From NCBI GenBank assembly GCA_964187785.1, contig OZ076409.1:73162001-73226000 (forward strand): DNA of 64,000 bases. Direction: 5' to 3'. Position 1 is the stretch's first letter. Every line of letters starts with the position of its first letter. Below the pieces are notes generated by a model, which was not told where the DNA came from, ran no database searches, and saw only the letters and a program-made list of their open reading frames with translations. The stretch comes from Amphiscolops sp. MND2022 (Eukaryota). Both the position numbers and the translations under genes were made by a program. Below are positions 53,501 to 61,240 of the stretch, one piece after another.

Positions 53501-56479
53501 GCAAGCCAGGGATCACTGTGAAAAGTGATTTCATCAAAAATTTACTCATTTTCGTCAATCACCATGTGCACAGAATGCGTAGGGTGCGTTTCAGCACTAT
53601 AATGAGGTTTTTGAAGGCATCGGGTTGTTCAAGGGGTGGTATGAGACAATTTTTTCCCATATACTACTGTATTTTCCAAAACTTTTTGCCAATTATCTGG
53701 AAAAACTAACTTGACAAAATACTTTCAACTACTTTATTCAAAGGTTACAATATAGATGAACACTGTGGTTGATCAGAAACTTTCATCTCTTTCGTTTTCC
53801 GAAATATTTCTCTTCGAATGTGTTACTTTTGTAGCCGGGTAAAAAACCGAAACTGAAAAATACGCAATTTTGCTGAGATAGAATCACAATGGTTGCGCCT
53901 AAAATCTCTTTAAAGATTTCTAACGCGACCTTACGGACCTAAAATGATTGGAAATGCCATTCACAATGCTGACATGTGCCCTTTCTACGATCCTGGCTGG
54001 ACAAGTGTCGCATATTTTTCAAGTACCTGTTAACTGAATTTTGTGATAGCCTTTCAAGTTGGCCTTGTGTCAACTTGAGAAGGCTGTCACATCAAAAAAC
54101 TATCAACAAAATTACGTTTCGTTTATGTAATAATGCTGTCAATGATTAATTTAGTGATTCTATCCTACCGTTGGTACCTTCCATCAGACCAGATAACGAT
54201 TGCATTCAGTCTTTGATAAAAACCTATGAACTCGAATAGATTTTTCTGTTTTTTTTTCTAACAGAAAAGTAAAAAATAATAAATTTTTTATTAATAACAC
54301 CTTTAAGTACTATTACTTTCACACACAATCGTTACCGTGATCAGCCACACCCACCCCGTGCGGCCTCGCCCTGTTAGTAGTGCAACGCCACATATTAACA
54401 TCAACGCCCACAGTCTGTGGGCATGCCGAGGCATGCCCTTCGACGACGTATGGCAAATTTAGCGTTGCCCGCACTCTGGAGTGCGGTAGCAGCTAGGTGG
54501 GCGGGGGTAATTCCCCAACAAAAATTACGGCCGGCGGGTTGGGTCCTGCCGGACGTCAAATAGCAAAGAATATCTAGTAGGAAACGGCGACACAGAATCG
54601 CGATTTTTAAATCTAACCACAATTTTTTGGACTTGGAGTGCATGCGGCCCTGAAATGCCCATACGAATCGAAGTTCCTGCTGACGTTAAGCGATTGAAAT
54701 AATATATAAAAAATTATGGCCCATTTTTCACTCACAAAGAAGGGTAAAATGAGGAAATTTTTAACAAAGTCGCTGATAACTCAAAATGTGTTAATTTTTG
54801 GACATTGACTGTGAAACAAGCTCGAAACCTTCATTTCGTGGCTGTGGCATTGCACTGAACACAAAAGATGTAAAGTTTTTACATTTTTTGAAAATTCGAA
54901 ATTTTTGAAATTTTTTTCACTACTATCAGTACCCCATATGTCAAAAACGCCTCAGAAATTTTTTTTATTTGCTTTAAATTGGAAACCTTGGTATCCATGG
55001 TTTCTGTCGGATCCTACTCGCAGTCAAACACCCAACAGTTTGCATACAATGTGAAAATAAAAATTTTTTCGGGGTCATAAGCGTTTCACAAGGATTTCTC
55101 AACTTAGTTTCAATTTACAAATTGGTCACATTGAACACATTATTTTCATCGAGGCGCGTCAGATACCGCCCTAAAGCTCACGGACGGTCCTACTGGCAAC
55201 GTAGCAACCATTTATAGTAATATAAAAGATTAAAAAAATTTTTTCACCCGGGCTTCAGTCATTTTTCAGTCATTCGGAACTTAACTTAGAAAAATTTCGA
55301 CCAAAATACCCATTTTTTGTCAGGTCGAAAAATCAAATTCAGATTTTTAAGCAAAATTATTATTTCTGACGTAACTCATGGGGCCCATGATACTCAAAAC
55401 AACGATTGACACTGGTATCAATGGCTCCAATAACATATGAGTCGCGATCGGACGTTATTTTGAGCAATACGTCTCAATTGAGGTAAAGATCTCGCAAGCC
55501 AGCGATCACTGTCAAATGTGATTTCATCAAAAATTTACTCATTTTTGTCAATCATTATGTGCACAGAATGCGTAGCATGCGTTTCAGCACTATAATGAGA
55601 TTTTTCAATGCATCGAGTTGCTCAAGGGGTGGTACGAGACATTTTTGTCCCATATACTACTGTATTTTCCAAAATTTTTAGCCCAATATCTGGAAATACA
55701 AACTTGACAAAATACTTTCAACTACTTTATTCAAAGGTTACAATATAGATGAACACTGTGGTTGATCAGAAACTTTCATCTCTTTCGTTTTCCGAAATAT
55801 TTTCCTTCGCATGTGTTATATTTGTATCAGAAAAAAAATCGAAACTGAAAAATACGCTATTTTGCTAATATAGAATCGCAATGATTGTGCCTAAAAACTC
55901 TTTAAACACTTCTAACGCGACCTTACGCACCCAAAATGATCGAAAATGCTATTCACAATGGTGACATGTGCTCTTTCAACGATCCTGGCTGGACAAGGTT
56001 TGCATATTTTTCAAGTACCTGTCAGCTGAATCTTGTGATAGCCTTTTAAGTTGGCCTTGTGTCAACTTGGGAAGGCTATCACATCAAACAACCATCAACA
56101 AAAATAATTTTTGTTTATTGGATATTACAGTTGATACCTTATTTCGTGATTCTATACTACCGTTAGTATATTCCATGAGGTCACCTTACGATTGCATTCA
56201 GACTTTGATGAAAACCTATGAACTCAAAGTCACATTTATATATTTTTTGCCCAAAAAATCATCAAAAACATCTAATATATATAAAATTGAGTCTTTAACT
56301 TTTTTACGTTTCAAGTTTCTGCCGTTATTAGGCCAATCAACTTCCTACAGCCACGCTCTCTGTCATACTGTACAACGCCACATAGTGTTGCGACGTGCAC
56401 GGTCTGTGGGCATGCCGAGGCATGCCCTTCGACGACGTATGCCGAATACCGCGGGCCTACGCCCGCGCTCCCCGGCTAG
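44538..56479 (+). mobile_element. Six type J units: 44538-46519, 46520-48504, 48505-50490, 50491-52499, 52500-54496, 54497-56479
   Basis: Same architecture and collinear interior as the J units at 29826-39774; lengths 1982-2009 bp. Confidence 0.8.
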
Positions 56480-59400
56480 GTGGGCGGGGGTAATTCCCCA
56501 ACAAAAAAATCGGCCGGCGGGTCGGGTCCTGCCGGCCGTCCAAAATCAAAATCCTCCTAGTAGAAAACGGCATGTCAAACGAGCTATTTTTTTATTTAAC
56601 CATACGAATTTCACCATTTTTTGCATGCGGCCCTGAAATGGCCATACGAGACGAAGTTCCTGCTGACGTTTTGCGATGTAAATGTTTTATAAAAAGTTAT
56701 GGCCGATTTGTCATTCACCTAGAAGGGTAAAATGAGGAAAATTTTAACAAAGTCGCTGATAACTCAAAATGTGTTAATTTTTGGACTTTGACAGTGAAAC
56801 AAGCTTGGAACTGTCATTTCGTGGCTGTGGCATTGCACTGAACACAAAAGATGTAAAGTTTTCACATTTTTTGATAATTCGACATTTTTGATTTTTTTTT
56901 CACTACTATCAGTACACTATATGTCAAAAACGCCTCTGAAAAAAATTTTTATTTGCTTAAAATTAGAAACCTTGGTATCCATGGTTTCCGTCAGTACCTA
57001 CTCGCTGCCAAACGCTCAACAGTTTGCATCCAATGTGAAAATATAATTTTTTTCGAGGTCATAGGTGTTTCACAAGGATTTCTCAACTTAGTATCTATTT
57101 ACAAATTGGTCATTTTGAACCCATTATTTTCATCGAAGCGTGTCAGATACTACCCTAATGCTCACGAATGGGCCTACTGGCAACGTTGGAACCATTTTTA
57201 GTAATAGAAAGTATTAAAAAAATATTTTCACCCGGTCTTCAGTCATTTTTCAGACATTCGGTACTTAACTTAGAAAAATTTCGCATCAAAAACCCATATT
57301 TGGTAGGGTCGAAATTTGAAATTCAGTTTTTTATGCAAAATTATTAACTCTGACGTAACCAATGGAGCCCATGATACTCAAAAACACGATTGGGACTGGT
57401 ATCAGTGGCTCCAATAACATATGAGCCGCGATAAGACGTTATTCAGAGCAAACGCTCTAAATCGAAGTAAACATCTCTGAAGCCTGGGATCACAGTGAAA
57501 TGTGATATCACCAAAAGTTTACTCTTTTTTGTCAATCACTATGTACACAGAGTGCGTAGGGTGAGTTTCAGGACTATAATGAGGTTTTTGAAGTAATCGC
57601 GCTGCTCAAGGGGTGGTATGAGACTATTTTTTCCCATATACTACTACATTTCCATAAATTTGCAGTCCATTGTCTTGGAAAGATAACTTCACAAAAACAA
57701 TTTTTCTACTCTATTCAGTTATTAGAATAAAGTTGAACACTGTGGGTGATCAGAAATGCTCAATTCTTTTGGTTTTTAAAAAAAGTCCTTCGCATTCGTT
57801 ACATTTGTGGAAGGAAGGTTATCAGTAGCTCCAAAAAAAACGAAATTTAGCACGAACAGACATGCAACTATGCAAAGCAAAAACGTTTTTACAACTTCCG
57901 ACGTCATTATTTTACCCAAGAAGTTCGAAAATATCATTCGCAATGCTGTCATTCGCTATATATACGATCGCGGTCAATTTACAAACATTTAGATTTCATT
58001 GTTCTGCTTGAAAACCAATTTTTGTCAGGTCGAAATTTTAAATTTTACCTGGGGAGCAATACCCTTCACGCTGAAGTAAACAGTGGGGCCCAAGTTACTC
58101 AAAAACAAGAAAGAGACTGCTACAATATGTCCTAATAACATATGGACCACGATAGTACGTTTTTCACACAAAAAACTCTCATCCGAAGTAAATATGTTGA
58201 AAGCTTTTAATCACCGTGAGAAGTGATTTCATCAAAAAATAACTCTTTTTTGTCAATCACTATTTACACAGAATTTGTAAAGTTAGTTTGAGTCATGAAA
58301 TGAGGCTTTACCGTAATATGGGTTGCTCAAGGTGTTATATAAGACAAAAACTTCCTCTTTTCTACTAGCTTCTTCAAATATTTCAACCCTTTGTCACAAT
58401 AAGTTAATATTCAAAATCTCTTTGAAATGTATCTTTATGTTGGGGTGAAGTCTAAGAACAATAACTATGATCGAAGAATGCTAGTACTGGTGTTTGAACC
58501 ATGTCCGGATGAACAAATCACAAAATCATCAAAAAATTGTTCCCTTTTTTGGTTATTTTGGCAGTACTAAAAATGTTAGCCGATAAATAATTTTTTCGAT
58601 GGCACCATTGGATTCCTCTCAAAAAGTTGGTTATATGACCTGTGTAATAACCCCGTATCTTTTCAATTTAAATATATTTAAAAAGCCAACTATTTTGACC
58701 AAAATCCTAAAAATCATACCATTTCCTAAAAATTTTCAAATGCACCCCATTTGACGTATAAGATAAGCACAGAAAACTATCATATACCGATCAACTCTAC
58801 TCCTATTGTAGATTATTAGAATTTTGTTTAGAATGAATTTTGATGAATAATAAAAAAATTTTGAACCCTCCAAAAATGGGCCAAAATTACACGAAAAAAT
58901 TGACCTTAAAATACCAAAATGTCAAAAAATCATCAAAACCCAGGCTTCTTGGGGTTCTATCAACTCCGCGTGGTCCACAGAGTATGCTAAAACAGGTTTT
59001 ACCCGTTTTTGAGCAATATGTGAAAAAGCCGACATTTTTGGGAAAGAAAAACATACCATTTCCTAAAAAAATTCAAATGCACGTCATTTGCCGTATTAGA
59101 ATAGCACAGAAAACTATCACATACCTATCAACTCTACTTTCATTGCAGATGAACAGAATTTTGTTTAGAATAAATTTTACCGGATAATAAAAAAATTTGA
59201 ATCCTTCAAAAATGGGCCAAAAATGCACGAAAAAATGGACCTTAAAAATTTAAAATGTCAAAAAATCATCAAAACAACAGCTTCTTGGGGTTCTATCAAC
59301 TCCACGAGGTCCACAGAGTATGCTAAAACAGGTTTTACCCGTTTTTGAGCAATATGTGAAAAAGCCGACATTTTTGGGAAAGAAAAACATACCATTTCCT

Positions 59401-61240
59401 AAAAAAATTCAAATGCACGCCATTTGCCGTATGAAAATAGCACAGAAAACTATCACATACCAATCAACTCTACTTTCATTGCAGATGAACAGAATTTTGT
59501 TTAGAATAAACTTTACCGGATAATACAAAAATTTGATTCCTTCTAAAATGGGCCAAAATTACACGAAAAAATGGACCTTAAAATTTTAAAATGTCAAAAA
59601 ATCATCAAAACCACGGCTTCTTGGGGTTCTATCAACTCCACGTGGTCCACAGAGTATGCTTAACCCGGTTTTACCCATCTTTGAGCAAAATGTGAAAATA
59701 CCGACATTTTTGGAAAAGAAAAACATGCCATTTTCTAATAAATTTCAAATGCACGCCATTTGCTGTATGAGAATAACACAGAAAGCTGTCACATACCGAT
59801 CAACTCTACTTCCATTGTAGATTATCAGAAGTTTGTTCAGAATAAATTTTGAAGGATAATAAAAAAATTTGAATCCATCAAAAATTGGCCAAAATTACAC
59901 GAAAAAATTGACCTTAAAATATCAAAATGTCAAAAAATCATCAAAACCACAATTTCTTGGCGTTCTATCAACTCCATATGATACCAAACCAAGTACTGCC
60001 AATCGTTTGAGTTATAATAAAAAAACGTCTTTTTTGGCAAGAATTCCATACCATAAATAATAATCATGTTCCATATAAGAAGCGAATCATTTCAGATATA
60101 TACCCTGTTCATTTTTTTAATATTACCGATTATTAATTTATTAGATGTTTTGAATGTGAGCTTCCTAAAAGGTTCAGGTGTGATGATACGTAAATAGAAC
60201 CTTAGTTTCATCGAAATCTCAATTGAATATGTCCAATCTTAACCATCAGATAACAAGAAACACTTAAGTACATTCCATCTCCCCATCGGGGGAGATGAGA
60301 ATGTACTTTCGAGAAGCCAAATACGTCCAACATTCAAACTTTTGTAACTTTGTATGTAACTCCTGAAACGAAGAAGGAATAAAATTGTTTCTGGTACATA
60401 CATGAGTCTTTACTTCAGCTTCTATTTCTGCTGAACAAAACCATTCGACTCTTTTGCCGGAGTTAAGATCGATTGTATTACCCAGTGAACAAAGGCATGA
60501 CTGAAAACGTTTACTACTTTGTTCATAATTTTCCGGCCTTCCGAAATGATGAAACGTCCACATAACTAAGATAGCAAGTGAATGACTGCGAAATGCACCT
60601 TATTAGATGAGGTAAATAACGTGTAAAACTCTCCTTTATCCTAACATGAGGTTGAGTAATGATCATTTGAGAATAGTTTGATATGTGAATACAATAGTAT
60701 AAAACAAGTACATTTTATATGAATAACGCCGTGGAAAGCGTTCAGAAAGGACAGTAGGCTTGTTTGGAACATGTATGTGTGGTGTCCCTTGGTGGCGTTC
60801 GCTTAGTGTATATGTCGAGGGGTATTCGAGTTGTTATGATAGAATTTACACACAAGTCTTTTGTTTTTTGGTTTTTTTAAAATGTCGTTAAGTACCTGCA
60901 TTCTATCCCCTTCTCAGAGATGACGTGAAGTTACGTTTGCTAAATAAATGTCATCGAAAGATCACACTCCCGACGAAATTAACTATCTTAACACGTGTTT
61001 AGAATTTTAAATAAACAACCGTATAAGATTTTTATATTTCATTGAGTTTGATGAAGTCTTTTGTTCTTCTCACTACTATTTCAACCAATACACATATCCG
61101 TTACCATATCACATGTCTCCATTAGTACAACGCCACATAGCGTTCCGACGCCCACAGTCTGTGGGCATGCCAAGGCATGCCCTTCGACGACGTATGGCAA
61201 ATGGAGCCATGCCCGCCGTCTTTACGGCGGTAGCGGCTAG
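56480..61240 (+). mobile_element. Type K long composite unit (4761 bp)
   Basis: Collinear with 39775-44537 but diverged. Hairpin ~60267, palindrome 61163-61182, terminal hairpin CCGCCGT-CTTT-ACGGCGG, CTAG 61237-61240. Confidence 0.75.
58715..60050 (+). repeat. Internal tandem repeat, ~336-bp monomer, ~4 copies
   Basis: Anchor recurs at 58715, 59052, 59388, 59724. Confidence 0.9.

Noticed and set aside
55968..56636. 222-aa ORF (and relatives at 31297, 35288, 37279, 39263, 47992, 49977) as a protein-coding gene
   Set aside because: It has a non-ATG start, its length varies from ~100 to 222 aa through homopolymer frameshifts between copies, it runs across the hairpins and the unit junction, and it has no recognisable domain.
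899..61182. CRISPR array (palindromic repeat with variable spacers)
   Set aside because: The intervals are 1.3-4.8 kb and homologous to each other, not ~30-40 nt unique spacers; there are no cas genes.
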